Shown: positions 39,425-53,387 of the stretch, one piece after another | Layout: every line of letters starts with the position of its first letter | Position numbering within the stretch: the first letter of the stretch is position 1 | DNA from: Octopus sinensis | Taxonomy: Eukaryota | Length of the DNA stretch: 64,000 bases | Direction of reading: 5' to 3' | Assembly (NCBI RefSeq): GCF_006345805.1 | Contig: NC_043000.1 | Span: forward strand, 59,520,001-59,584,000 | The notes under the pieces: generated by a model | Databases searched by the model: none | What the model saw: only the letters and a program-made list of their open reading frames with translations | Told to the model about the DNA's origin: nothing | Position numbers and translations under genes: made by a program

Positions 39425-40764
39425 ACTAACATACTACAACTTAAATTTAGATAGGATACAACACAGGAGGTAGGTGAGCAAGTATCTTCCAAAGATAAGA
39501 GCATTAAGTTGATTGTCTGGGACTTGTCTCGTTATTTAAATATAGTGTTTCTGTGGTTCATTTCATAAACTGAATCATCAGGTATGAGAAAATTTAAAAC
39601 CACATTTACTAACAAGTAAACAGTCTGTATAAAGCTTATCTTAGGTAAAATGAGGAACAAGGAAAAGAGAATTGAATTATCAGGAAAAGAGAGAAAACGT
39701 GTGTATGTGTGTGCATATATATACACACACATTACTATCACATGATATGTTTATGTTTCTTTCTTACAACTATTATCTAGTTATAACTGTCTCTCTCCAA
39801 TTGCTTTCTTCCCTACAACCTTTACACTCTATCACTCTGTTTCTCCACTTGCTTCATGCTCATAGTCACACTTCTTTCCTCTTCTCTGTCATGTTTGCTT
39901 TAAAGGAACAAAGACAATGTAGAGAGGACTCTAGTCTTGCAGAAGATAAGGAAACCTCTCTAGTACTGGTGGCATGATAAAATACATCCAATACATTCTG
40001 TCAAGTGTGTTGGTGAGTAGAGACAATGAAGGTTGTGAGGACTCTCTAGTCTTCCCAAAGACACAAAAAAATCTCTCTTGTACTGATGTTTTGAGTCTAC
40101 AGGATGATATTTTTATGGCACTGTTACTTTTGAACTCAAGTATCTCACAAGACAAACCCACCTCAAAATGAGTTGGGAGTGCAGTCTTGAGGGATGTAGT
40201 TTTGCGCCAGGTGTTGAGAGGTTAAAGTTTGATAGAAATACAGGAACAGTTGCCTTGCTGTATAGACCACACATGGCTATTCCATGTAAAGAGAGAAACA
40301 CTAGTGAAGATGAGGTGTCATAGCATACCCTCAAGATACAAGAATGTGGGTATAAGAGAGAATAGGGACAGGAAATCGATGATGGCTAGATGGGTAGGTT
40401 CACAAAAATGTGGAAAGAGAGTGGAGATGGTTAGTGAGCAGCTTAAGTGGAGGCATGATCAATGGTGAGTCTCAATTTGTGTGCTGGGGGGGGGATAGGT
40501 GTGGAACAAGGTGTGGGGAGGTGATATGTAGAAGTACATAAAAGAGCAGATGGAGAGCAACAGCATAATACCCAGCCTCAGCTCATAAATTGGTGAGAAA
40601 TAAGATGACATGATGTGTGGGATATGTGAGATAGGGATGCACTATGACAGAGATGGCAGTCAGATATGTAAGATACAGACATTCTCTCAGTCTCCTCTCT
40701 CTCTATATATATCTGTGTGTATGTGTGAGAGTGTATGTGACTATATATATATATATATATATAC

Positions 40765-41055
40765 TGGCACTCTGTCAGTTACGATGAAGGTTCCAGTTGA
40801 TCTGATCAATGGAATAACCTGCTTGTGAAATTAACATGCAAGTGGCTGAGCATTCTACAGAGAAGATTCAGTATGACACAGAATGTGACAAGGATGGTCC
40901 TGGTCCTTTGAATTGCAGGTACTATTCATTTTTGCCATCTGAGTAGACTGGAGCAGCTAGAAATAAAGTGTCTTGCTCAAGGATACAATATGCCAACGAA
41001 AATCAAACTCATAACTTTACAATCATGAGCCAATCACCATAATCATCAAGTCACA
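40765..41055 (-). mobile_element. SINE family 3, degenerate
   Basis: Reverse complement of ttgagcaagacactttatttc...ctccagtctactcag, as at 55520, 59640 and 60175. Confidence 0.6.
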
Positions 41056-41735
41056 TGCCTTCACACACACATCAATACAAATACAAACACTGATGAAAGA
41101 AAAATGTCTAAAAAGTAAAATCAAATAGAAAGATACATCACGGAACCATCATTACCATTATTACCCCTATGCCTACACACCTTAATTTTATTTTCATTCT
41201 AGCTTAGTCTGGACAGAAATATAAAATATTTCCATACACTTTCATGCCAACTGAAGCCATCTTAAACATTTTATTCTCCTATCACCCCCACCTTGCTACC
41301 TATTTATTATCTCACTGATAGCAATGGTAGATATACATTTATTACTACTGTTATAATTTTATCAACTTCCTTCCATTTTCCTTCCTACTGTCTTCCTCAT
41401 TACACTGTGCTTGGCTGGAATCTATTTTAACCTTTCTTTAAATCCACTTAGCTATTTGTATTTTGATGTAGAAAGTCGTGAGGTGGTTAGGAGAAGGATT
41501 TGGAAATTATCTAAATGATTACTCTCCCTTGCCTCCACCTCTTATCAGTATGAGTTATATAGAGTAAATGGAATGAATGAAAAAAAACCTTTGTAGTGAA
41601 CCCAACACAACACAACACAAATATACAGACTTGCCCTCCCCCCACCAAACACACACACACACACACACACACACCGGTAGAAACATGTAAATTTATCAAA
41701 GCATACAACCAACTGTTTAAATAGACAGAGGAACG

Positions 41736-41775
<40 letters not shown>

Positions 41776-41959
41776 GTAAGGCAACAATGTAATTGTAAAT
41801 AAGATATTGTTTGAAACTCTTTATCGTTTTGTTGTGCAAGCCTTAAACAAACAGGAAGCAAAAGTATGTTTTTTTTCTGGAGTTAAAAAGAGAAATGATG
41901 ATAAAAAAAAAAGTGAAACACCATCAGAAACAAGCGGTAGAAATGAACTACATAATTGC

Positions 41960-42035
41960 TGTGTGTGTGTCAGTGTATATATACACACACATATATATAT
42001 ATACATATATATACACACATATATATATATACACA

Positions 42036-42084
<49 letters not shown>

Positions 42085-42144
42085 TATATATATAAATATA
42101 CATATATATATGTATATATACATATATATATGTATATATGTATG

Positions 42145-42188
<44 letters not shown>

Positions 42189-42335
42189 TATATATATAAA
42201 TATACATATATATATGTATATATACATATATATATGTATATATGTATGTTATATATATATACATATATATATATATATGTGTGTGTGTATATATATATAT
42301 ATACACACACACACAAACACAAATACACACACACC
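41960..42335. repeat. Compound (TA)/(CA)/(TATG) microsatellite with a 104-bp higher-order duplication
   Basis: The interrupted pattern cacacacatatatatataaatatacatatatatatgtata... occurs at 42077 and 42181. It is the source of about ten spurious ORFs. Confidence 0.9.
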
Positions 42336-42829
42336 TGATAACTATTGTAGGTAATTCATCTCTTCCTATGTTTTTCATTGCACTCGTGTGCATGTGTATG
42401 TGTGCATACATACCTTCCTCCCACACATAGCACTGATAACTATAAGCAGTAGTTCACCTGTGCTTTATCTATCTCTATCTATCTATGTGTCTGTCGGGCA
42501 GACAGACAGACAGAAGTATATGTGTATGTGTGCATGTCAAACATATGTTCATGCATGTTCTGATAAGTTTCCACTAAAGCAATGTTTTAACTTTTTGTAT
42601 TTTTACACATTCCATTCACTCTACACTACTAATAAAGGGTTTCACTGTCAGAGTAAAGGGCAAACTGTATGACACTTATGTATAAAGTGCAGTATACTGT
42701 ATGGTAATGTGATGTGGGTCTTGATTGCAAAAAATTTGCAATGGCTAGTAAGAACAACCTGCTCTTATGGATTTATGATGTAATGTTACTAAGCAAGAAC
42801 AACAGATCACAAACAAGGTGAGAGCAAAG

Positions 42830-43090
42830 TTAAATAAAAGGAGAATCTGATGTTATTATGCAAGAAAGAAGACTGCATTGATATGGACATGTGATGTGAA
42901 TGAAGGGTGCTAATTGAATAAAGAAGTGCTGAATGCTTGAAGTGTATGGAACCTGTGATAGGAAGACATGGAGTGAAGTGCTGAAGACCAATCTCAAAAA
43001 GCTTGAATTTTACATTGGAAATGACAAAGAAACCGTGACAGGTGATGCTGGAGAAGACCCACCTGTCTGTTTGAACAAATAGATTCATGA
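42830..43090 (+). mobile_element. RTE-clade LINE 3' fragment
   Basis: MQERRLH*YGHV...KKC*MLEVYGTC...RKTWSEVLKTNL, the typical RTE post-RT C-terminus. Confidence 0.7.
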
Positions 43091-46000
43091 CATGAAAGGA
43101 GATCACTTTTATTAGTTTCATGTACTATAAGCAAACAAAGTATTAAATTAGTGTTTTTATCTTAATTCATCTTTATGATGGGACATGTCTTATAATTTGG
43201 ACTAAAAGTATGTGGTACTTATTTTTCAAATTAGGTACAAATTTCGAAAAGATTCCTCCACATGGGACTGAAGATAGTATTATTATGCTTTGCCAAATTT
43301 CTCTTAGAGGCTCTGCCTACCACCTTAAAAAAATGCAAGATAGTAGATTTTAGTCATTTTACTTAACTTGCATCTCATAGAACCCTGAACTAGAGAAAAG
43401 AATGAATGTCATACTATCTCACGTTTCTTCTGCCTTATCATCTGAAGGTCTTATACATGCTGGTATGAAACTATTATAATTAGAATAGAGGAGTAGGTGT
43501 AAGCTGTTGAGTGCTTATTTAGAAGGTTTGTTATAATTAGTTCAAGTTAATATAACACAGTTTCTGGATGAGTAAATATTCTGTCAGGATTAACTTTGTC
43601 TCTCATCCATCTGCAATAAAGAATTTAAATACCAGTGTTGTATTTTATTCTTTTACAGCACAAAACTGGATTTATGTCAATGCTCGAAAAAATTACAGCA
43701 GAGTAGCCAATCCCCTACCACTGTTACTGCTACTGTCCTCTTCATGGCAATGTCTCTACAACTGCTACTGCTGATTTTATCTATTTGTTATAAGGGTATT
43801 GGACAAATGGTGGGGCAATACAAAAACAGGTTACATAAAGTGTTGGGGCTTACACAGAATACAAATCAAGAATAAAATGAATGAGATAAAATGTATATAC
43901 AGTATACAAGTGAATGGTAATACAGTCCACTTGATACAAGAGTGTCTTCCCAACAAATCCACTACAATCACCTTCATCGCCCAAGTATTATTCTCTGTGA
44001 GAGCAGAGCCCTTCATTTTGCTATTTTTGTTTGCTATCATCAACAAATTTACTGGAGAAGAGCAGATTTTCTCTCAATCTCTCTCTTTCCAACCACCTAT
44101 TCTTTACTTTAAACAGTTTATGAGGTATCTTTCAAAGAAATAGAAAATTATCCAAATATAAAGATCTAGTTATAAAGATAAGCAGATTGTGACAGTCAGG
44201 AAAAAAAGGGAATCCTAAAAATAATAACTATTAAGTACCCTAGGAACTATTAAAAAAGATGCAGACAGTTACATAAAGTCCCAGAACTAATAAGATATGC
44301 ATTACATACAGGAAATATGATGACTAGGCATTGTAGACAATGCTGTAAATTACTATCAATATGATAGAAAGCCAGAAATTTTCAGGCAACTCAAGTTCAT
44401 GTCTACTATCAAAGACCCTCTTTCCTTCCAAGAATAATAGGCAATGTTAACCATGATGGAAATTGAACTCACAATGTAAAGGGACATAGCTTAATATGAG
44501 AAGGTGGTAATAGCACTGTTTATTTTTACCATGTCAAGATCAAAGATTTGTAGGGTTAATAATAGCCTTTAATTCTGACTAAATTTATCAACTTTAGGGG
44601 AGTTGGAAGTTTTAAAATCAACTTGGAGAGAAAAGAACAACAACAAAAAGAATTCCATTTTCCTATCAATCACAGCAGAAGCTTTATAAATGCCAGAGTG
44701 TCATCTTATTAAAATTCTAACTTTCTTATTGTTAAAGAATGAAATGATGCTGTCACATTTTGCAATTATTTCTGCCAGTTGTTCACAATGGATCACATTG
44801 ATTTCCCTCCCCAACTCACATTAACTGGAAAGTCTATTGAAAATACAACACTGCGTTTCATGTGAGAAACTTTAAAATTTTCAAAGAAAAAGAAAGCTAT
44901 TACTGAGCTTTTGTCAAGTAAAGTTTTCACAGGCTCCATTGCATAAATTAACAATATTGTTGTACTTCAATCTGAAACTACTTCAGAACTCATTGGTATT
45001 GTATATTACCATCCCATAAATCCCAAGAACTCAGCACACAGCATCACATCTTTGCTGAGTAAGCAATTCAAGTAACATGCTATGACTCAACAATTCGACA
45101 ATCTTTATCATATTGCTTTCTTCTTACATGGTAGACTCACAAAGCTTCAAATTTATGAGTGAGAGAGAGAGAGAGAGAGATATGCTCTCCCGCTTTTCTT
45201 AAGAGGTTTGTCAATTGATGTGAAAATGCAACATGATAGAATTGAGACTGAGATATGAATCAGCTTGCTAAAGAGGAAAAAAAGTAGGATGTATATAAAT
45301 ACAAGACTATTGTAGGATATAAACTACCCTTATGGGAACATTTGTTGAATTACTTAATATAAATGTGTGTGTGTGTGTGTGCAAGTATATACAAAAATGT
45401 CTAACTACATACATATATATATACACATATTTACACACACAGCTGAACATACATCACCTTACATACCTATACACACAAACATTTGTTTATAAATAAAATC
45501 TTATAAAAATATCCTTTGACATAGTTTAAACACAACAAAGATATTTTTTTTCTTTCATAAATATTTGTATTGACAGTTAGAAAGATGTTATTACAGGATA
45601 AATTATACAGAAAAATCTATACTGATCCAGTATAGAATTATTTTTGCTTCATTTATGCGTGTTTGTATGTAGAAAAGAGGAAGAGATAAAGAGAAGAAAA
45701 TGTCAGATAGTTTAGTGAGGCAAACATATAAATAGCTACAGAACAATAAATGTGTTTGTTGTATTTCCATAGTCTTTTTATCTGCAGTCACTATTTTTAA
45801 GGAAATGTTACATAAAATATATTCCTGATGATAAAAGACAATTTCTGTGTTTCCTCCCACTTAAGAATCTGCTTCAAACTAATGATTTACTCAGCTCTTT
45901 TCTCCATCATCTGGCTTCCACTTCAAGTTTCCCAATCCGATCCATCTTTTTACTTCTCAAGCCAATAAAAGTGCCTGCATGCAGTTACTCAGCATGCTAG

Positions 46001-46843
46001 TAATATCAACCACATTTCCCTTAAATCTCGCCATATCAACTTTAAACGGAAGGATACATGGGATAACATTTTCTTAGAAACTCTAAATTTAGAAAAATAG
46101 CATGGTTTTTATAGCTGGATGCCCTTCCAAATGCCAACCACTTTACAGTATTGACTGGATGCTTTTTATGTGACACCAGCACTAGTGGAGGTCACCAAGT
46201 AACTTGAAAGACAAAGATTCTTTGTCTGTAAAGAAAACATCAAATTGTTATAGTTACTTGTTGGTTGGTTGGTTGGTTGGTGCAAATATTTATTCTAACA
46301 CAAATATCACTAACTAGAACAGGTATATGGTTGCAGCTATAACATAGTTATAATGACAGTTATGACAACATAGTGAAAGATACATTGGTTTAAAGGATGG
46401 ACAGAATGAGGGGTGGGAAGAAATCAAAGAATATGTAATGCAAAGCAGAGAAAAGTATTTGATATATCAAACTATAAAGTTTCTTTAACCAATATAACAA
46501 AATGTAAAGAAAGGCTTTGTATGTTTATAAACCAAAGAGAAAAAAACATGACCTTAGTGACTTCATTTTGCTAAAACCACTGAAAATGACAGATTAACAT
46601 TTGACATTTAAGTAACAGAGACTGGCTTTCTTTGGAATTGCTATTGGTGATGAAGAATGTCAAAAGAAGACTGAAACAATTGAGGGGGCATCGATGTTAA
46701 ACTGAATGGACAATATGAATAGACAGTAACTAGTTCTTTCCTACATATGTTTCAGGAGGAATACACATACACAGATGCTCTCTCTCCCTCTCCACAATAC
46801 ATATTATCATCTATACTATAATAGTTCTAAGAATACTGTCTTA

Positions 46844-46961
<118 letters not shown>

Positions 46962-48283
46962 GCACACAAAAAAAGTGAGAACTACTCGACATCTTTCTAT
47001 ATTGGAAGCCTACTCAGAGACTTTAATAAAAAAAATAATAAAAACAATATGAATAAATATGGTAAAAATTATGGATGCAATTCAGTTAGAGAGAAAATAT
47101 CAGAGAAAGAAAGAAGAAAATATAGGTAAAAAAAAGTTGTACTTAAAAAAAAAAATCCCTTTAATCTAAATCTATTGATTCATTAGAGAACACTATATGA
47201 AATGTGCCAATAATGATGCCTCAGTGTGATCCCTCAGTCCTACTCATATCACACTGTCATGATCTAGTCTGATATAGTCATTAAGGGTCTTGAACATCTT
47301 GAAATTTGTAAGATTTTGGTGTAATGGCCTGCAAAGTGCCACTCAAAAGTAGACATGACTCACTTTCATCTGAGTGGATTGGAGTCATGTGAAATGAAGT
47401 GCCTTGACCAAAGATACAATAGGCTACTTGGTCCCAAAATCAAACCCTCAACCTTAGGAGCCTGATTTCAATAACTTAAACACTAACCTATGAAACAAGT
47501 GGTTAGACACTGGAGTAAAAGAGAAAAAAAAAGGGATACTTTGAACAAAATAGACAGATATACAAAAAAAAAAATGGCGTGGTCATATGGGATATCTTTG
47601 ATCATAAGTCTGCCCAATCAGGGTTGACCTGGAACTAAGCAACAACAACAATAGTAAATGCAAAATATATTCTAGAAACAGCTATATTGTGGAGTTGATG
47701 ATAATCATCTACAATAATTGTTTTTTTTTTATCTATTCTATGCCTTTGTAGAGATAGATTTGTTTGACCTTTTGGTGTTCAAAGCTATCTCCCAACAAGT
47801 GATCAGCCCCATAAATTGAAGCAGGGAAAGAATAAAAAAAACTACACTGATCCCAGAATTTGACTGGTACTTATTTTATTGACCTTGGAAAGATGAAAGA
47901 CAAAATTGATCTTAGGGTTTGAACTTAAAATCTAAATGGTTGTAATTAAATACTGTAAGGTATTTTCTTCAATATCCAATTATTCTACTTCTCCATTGCC
48001 ATGATAATTACCTAAAATACATATACGTAATAATTATTCTAAAATTTCTTTTACTGAGAGAAAATGTAAACAAAACTTAGTAGTGATTGTCAGAGGAGTC
48101 TGAATAAGAATGGGGTGGGGAAAAGAACATTTTTTAATTATCATGCTAGGAGGAAAAGATAAACATACATGTATAATGTGTATGAATGTTATATATAAAT
48201 TATCATGGTAGAAGAAAAAGATGTGTGTGTGTGTGAGAGGGTGTCAACAAACCATGAAACATATCAAAACAAACTCTTATTGC

Positions 48284-48680
48284 TCTGGCTATGTGTTAAG
48301 AAGCTTGCTTCCCAAGCACATGGTCCCAGTTTCAGTCCCACTGCATGGCACCTTGGGCAAGTGTCTTCTACTATAGCCTCGGGCTGACCAAAGCCTCATG
48401 AGTGGATTTAGTAGATGGAAATTGAAAGAAGCTCGTCGTATATGTATACATGTACCTTTGTGTGTGCCTTTGTGCCTGTGTTCCTCCCCTCATCACTGCT
48501 TAACAACCAGTGTCAGTGTGTTTACGTCCATGTAACTCAGTGGTTTGGCAAAAGAGACTGATAGAATAGGTACTAGGCTTAAGAAATAAGCCTTGGGGTT
48601 GATTTGTTCGACTAAAACCCTTCAAGGTGGTGCTCCAGCATGGCTGCAGTCAAATGATTGAAGCAAAAGAATAAAAGAAT
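48284..48680 (+). mobile_element. SINE family 1
   Basis: Full head-to-tail match to the 15402 copy plus the 5' head tggctatgtgttaagaagcttgc. Confidence 0.85.
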
Positions 48681-50164
48681 TAAGAGAAGAAAAATGTGCA
48701 TATGAATAAATAAATAAAGAACTAACTAATTAATTGATAATAAGTCAGAGGTAATGGAGATGTTGCTTCATAGTTTAGTTATGTGCATCCATTATCATTA
48801 ATGTCCACCTTCCATTGTGGCATGGGTTGAACAGTTCAACAGGGTCCAACAAGTTGAAGGACCATATTGTGCTCCAATATCTGCTTTGGCATGGTTTTTA
48901 CAACTGGATACTTTTTGTGATGGCAACCACTTTACAGAGTATACTGAGTACTTTTTCCATGACACTGACCTAAAGAAGGTTGTCTTGCAATGTGCAAAAC
49001 TAATGGTTTAAAGTGGCCCCTTTAACAAAAGGAAAATAGAAGAGGAGTGCAATGATTTTAGGCTGATGAGAGCAACAGATTCATAGCTGTGAGAAGGTAA
49101 TAGTTGAGAGAGTAACAGATTAGACACTCTTGAGAGAGAGGGGGAGATAGAGAGGAGGGAAAGAGAGAGTATAGCAGGGAATAGGAAAAAGGGAAGGAAG
49201 GGATTAGCATCAGGGTGTAGCAAGAAAGGAAGGGCCAGAAAGGTAGGGCAGGTTTCGTGGGCTGGGTCTAAGGCTGTCCTACATTATAAGGGTGAGTATG
49301 GATGAATGATGTGAGGGAGAGGGGAAATCAGAAAGGGAGAAACAGACAAGGGAAGAATCCTGTGAGTTACTGAAGGACAGGGAGGTGGGATGGGTCATGA
49401 GGATAGGTCACAATGGGAGATATGAATTGAAAAAAATGAAACACTGTTTGTATCCTTTAATCTTAATTTTTTTTGTGCTGTCTAAACACTGCAGAGTCTA
49501 TCCCAGAGACTTTTTATATTTATATGTGAATACTCTAAGCCTCTACTACTTCTGAATAACATTTTTTTTATTATTACAGACTTCTCTGGACACTTTATGT
49601 GTGTGTGTGTGTGTGAGTGTGTGTCAGAGAGAGAGAGAGAGAGGGAGAGAGGGAGAGAGAATGCACATGTGCAAATGTGTTTGGGCATCCTCTGAAGAAT
49701 GGTTAATGTACCATGAAGCATATCAGGACAATTTCCTTTATTTTCCTATGTGCAAAGAGAATAAGATGTATTAACATTCATGTTAATTTCACAGCAAATG
49801 CTTTTTGAAAAGTGTAGTGTAAGAACTTTAACACACACACATGACTTCAAGGGTCAATATTTATTCCACCTGCTAGTATACATTTTATAATGCGAGACCA
49901 TTATTGGCTGGTCAGTCTTACAGATTTCGATGAGTATGAGATAGAAATTTAGCTTTTCACACCTTTCTGAATGACAGTAGAGGAGTATGTAAAACTTCAC
50001 CTCCTGGACAGGAAGCTAGTTGATGGCAAACAACATTCTCTGATTCCCTATTTTTTATGGTAGACAGCAGTTAGAAGAACATGTTCATAGAATAACTTGC
50101 TCTACCCTAACACACACATCCTGTCATTTACAATATGTGTACATACATGTATGTTTGCAAATTT

Positions 50165-50545
50165 GTACTCTTTACTCTTTTACTTGTTTCAGTCATTTGA
50201 CTGTGGCCAAGCTGGAGCACCGCCTTTAGTCGAGCAAATCGACCCCAGGACTTATTCTTTGTAAGCCTAGTACTTATTCTATCAGCCTCTTTTGCTGAAC
50301 TGCTAAGTTACGGGGACATAAACACACCAGCATCGGTTGTCAAGCGACGTTCAGGGGACAAACACAGACACAAATATATACACACACACATACATACATA
50401 CATATATACGTCTACCAAATCCACTCACAAGGCTTTGGTCTGCCCGAAGCTATAGTAGAAGACACTTGCCCAAGGTGTCATGCAGTGGGACTGAACCAGG
50501 AACTATGTGGTTCATAAGCAAGCTACTTACCACACAGCCACTCAT
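50165..50545 (-). mobile_element. SINE family 1
   Basis: From the actcttttactcttttacttg tail to the ccacacagccactc head. Confidence 0.85.
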
Positions 50546-50700
50546 GTGAAATTTATGTATGAACATGAAAGGTGTGATTCTCATAAGTTCACAGCTGTCT
50601 GTTTATATGTTCATGCTTGTACAACCACACCAGCAGAGGATGAAAAAAGATGACATATATCCATACACACTATAGATATGCACCCCTCCTGCATATATAT

Positions 50701-50772
<72 letters not shown>

Positions 50773-51454
50773 CATATATATCTACACACACACACATCTG
50801 TGATATATATATATCTCACAGATGTGCATGCACACGCACACATTTTTAGTACAAGTTGACATTATGATTTAGCAATTCAACCTATTTCCATGGCACTAGA
50901 TTATAGATCAGCTGTTAGATAAAGAGAAAGAAGATCACAAGACAGACATAATTATCTATTATTAGAGAATCACAAGTAATATGAAAGAGTTAGAGACAAA
51001 GGGAGAGGGTGGTGAGAGAGAGAGAGAGTAATATGGAGTGAATGAGTAATTCTTATAATGTAAAAATTTCCAAAGATGCTGTGTTTGTTTCTTTTCTTGG
51101 CAACCCTACTACTGCTACTGCTGCCACCACCACCACCAATGTTGTACTCCACCACTAATGTCATCACCATAGCAGTGATGGTGGCACTCCTAACAAAAAT
51201 GACTATAGATAATGACAATTGTATTAGCAACAACTTCCTGGAAAATGTTTTGAATTACACTTAAAGTGCTGGGCAAGAGAAGCTCAAAGTCTTGCAGAAA
51301 AGTTAAGCATGATGAAATAGGGTTATTTTCGTAGAAATATGTATGTACATGGATGCTTTGGTCTTGTCGTTTGTTTACACATGTATACAGGTATATAGAG
51401 TATCTCAGAGTGTGTGTACCTGTATGAAAGTGTGTGCATGTGTGTACTTTTATA

Positions 51455-53165
51455 CACTACCGTCAGAAATTAATTAGCACCCTTGATTTGCTCTTCACTC
51501 AAGGTATTTGCTGTCACCTAGTGGCCATATCTCGAACTATTGCTTTGTTGCGAGTTCACTGTTGCGCAGAACGATGACGTAACTTTGTTTGCAGAGCAGT
51601 TTGAGAGTCTACAGCCTAATGATGTTGACATAGCAGTGCAACAACAACTTGGAGTGCGGATGCAGACAAATCTTCCTTTGTTTAATAGATATAGGTAGCG
51701 CCTCGCAAGGACCGAAATCACACCGTACTAAGTTTTCTCATCGCGTAAGACGTTTTGAACAGCTCGTAGATTAATTGATTTGTGTATTTGCAAGATTTTT
51801 TTTCCTCACAAATTCTCCTACACTCTGCTTGGTGACGTCACTTCCAGTTCACAAAACTTTCTGTTATACATCAAATAAGGTGAGAAATTCTGCTTTCTTT
51901 CCTTTTTGTTTAATGAATAATAACTCATAGCAGTTTTGTTATAGCATAACATTATTCAAATGAATAGTTTTAATGAAAATAACTGGTTTTTATAGTTCAT
52001 TCCTAGATGGGCCCAAGACCTCGCATGACCTTGGAGAGACGGTACGAGGCTCTCTCGTGGCGTGGGAAGCTGTCGGAGGTTGCAATAGCCAGAAAACTTG
52101 GTGTAGCCAGGTGCACAATTCAGTGCTTATTTAAGAAATACGAGGAAACCGGATCAGCAGCTGACAAAAAGGGTAGGGGACGGAAGAGGCTGACGACCCA
52201 GCGGGAGGACCGGATGCTGATCCGAAAGTCACTGTACAACCGAAGGGCAATGAGCCGGCAACTGGCGGAGGAGATGCAAAAGATGACAGGGAAGCAGTTG
52301 TCTACAACCACAGTCAAGACCAGATTACTGGAAGCTGGTCTAAAATCCTGTAGGGCCACCCGTAAGCCGCTCCTTACAGCCCAAGACCGGAAGAGGCGGC
52401 TGCTCTGGGCCCGTGCCCACAAGACATGGACCGTGCAGCAGTGGCGAACAGTGATGTTCACTGACGAGTTGCGATTCAGTCTCGTCAGTGACAAGCCTGT
52501 CCATGTGCGACGCCGCAGGGGTGAGCGCTTCAACAAAGACTGCATTGCTCCCACCATGAAGCATGGTGGGGGTGGTCTGATGGTGTGAGGGGCGTTCAGC
52601 TACAGTGGTGTTGGGCGGCTTTATGCCGTCGAAGGCAACATCAACGCAGCAAAGTACGTTGAGATAGTACGGGATACCTCTTTGGTGGCGAGGAGTACGT
52701 GCTCCTGCTGGACAACGCGCCTTCCCACACAGCCAAGCTCACAACCGGTTTCTTCAAGGACCATGGGGTGACGGTCATGGACTGACCTGGCCAGTCACCT
52801 GACCTGAACCCTATTGAGAACCTCTGGAGTCGATTGGGTAGGGATTTGAATGTGCAACAATACAGGAACCGACATGAGCTGTTTGGGGCACTTCTTGCTG
52901 CATGGGGGGCCATCCCTGCACAGTACCTGCAGGCACTCATAGACAGCATGCCGACCCGCGTAGCAGCTGTCATTGCTGCCAAAGGAGGAGCAACAAGATA
53001 TTGACTAAATTTCACGATTAATAACAATTATGTGGTGTGCTGGGATATGTTTTAATAAATTTTTGATTAAAAACGAGTTCGTTTCTGTTAATAAGTTAAT
53101 TAAATTAAGAAAATGTAAGAAAATGTAGAAATTTGAGAAGTGCTAATTAATTTCCGACACAAGTG
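51455..53165 (+). mobile_element. Near full-length Tc1-family DNA transposon (1711 bp)
   Basis: TA|cactaccgtcagaaattaattagcac ... gtgctaattaatttccgacacaagtg|TA: 26-bp imperfect TIRs with TA TSD and an internal transposase. Confidence 0.95.
52007..53004 (+). pseudogene. Tc1 transposase, DD34E, inactivated
   Basis: HTH region (IARKLGVARCTIQ), FTDE, KHGGGGLMV*G, LDNAPSH and D*PGQSPDLNPIENLW, with 34 residues counted between the second D and E. TGA replaces Trp at 52586 and 52783, and there is a frameshifting deletion near 52675. Confidence 0.95.
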
Positions 53166-53350
53166 TATGCGTGCATGTCAAAATACATATATAAATGCAG
53201 TCTGAAGACAAAAATTATATTGAATATTCTCTCTGTAGAAGTATCAGTTAATTTTCTTTCTTGAAAGATAGTGTTTACATAAAAGTTTATTGCTTATTAT
53301 TTTAGCAACAAACTATTAAATTTCTCTCTCTCTCACCCTCTCTCTTTCTT

Positions 53351-53387
<37 letters not shown>

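Noticed and set aside
41807-42430. Longest ORFs in the track (up to 201 aa; YI/HT/CV repeats), and similar ones at 692-1151, 30847-31589, 46775, 50603 and 62361
   Set aside because: They are translations of (TA)n/(CA)n microsatellites, which lack stop codons by construction.
44779-44861. Plus-strand exon LFTMDHIDFPPQLTLTGKSIENTTLRF, plus similar short candidates at ~32360-32450 (-), 33960-34011 (-), 35994-36004 region (+), 45990-46070 (-) and 58874-58925 (+)
   Set aside because: Each has plausible splice dinucleotides, but they do not join into a coherent, recognisable reading frame and cannot be separated from background.
49060-49440. Purine-rich tracts (also 40330-40640) as G-quadruplex or regulatory elements
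   Set aside because: More simply the antisense strand of old pyrimidine-rich LINE (L2/CR1-like) remnants. Too degenerate to classify, with few regular G-runs.
52120-53027. Minus-strand ORFs of 145 and 128 aa over the Tc1 element
   Set aside because: Antisense shadows of a GC-rich transposase gene.
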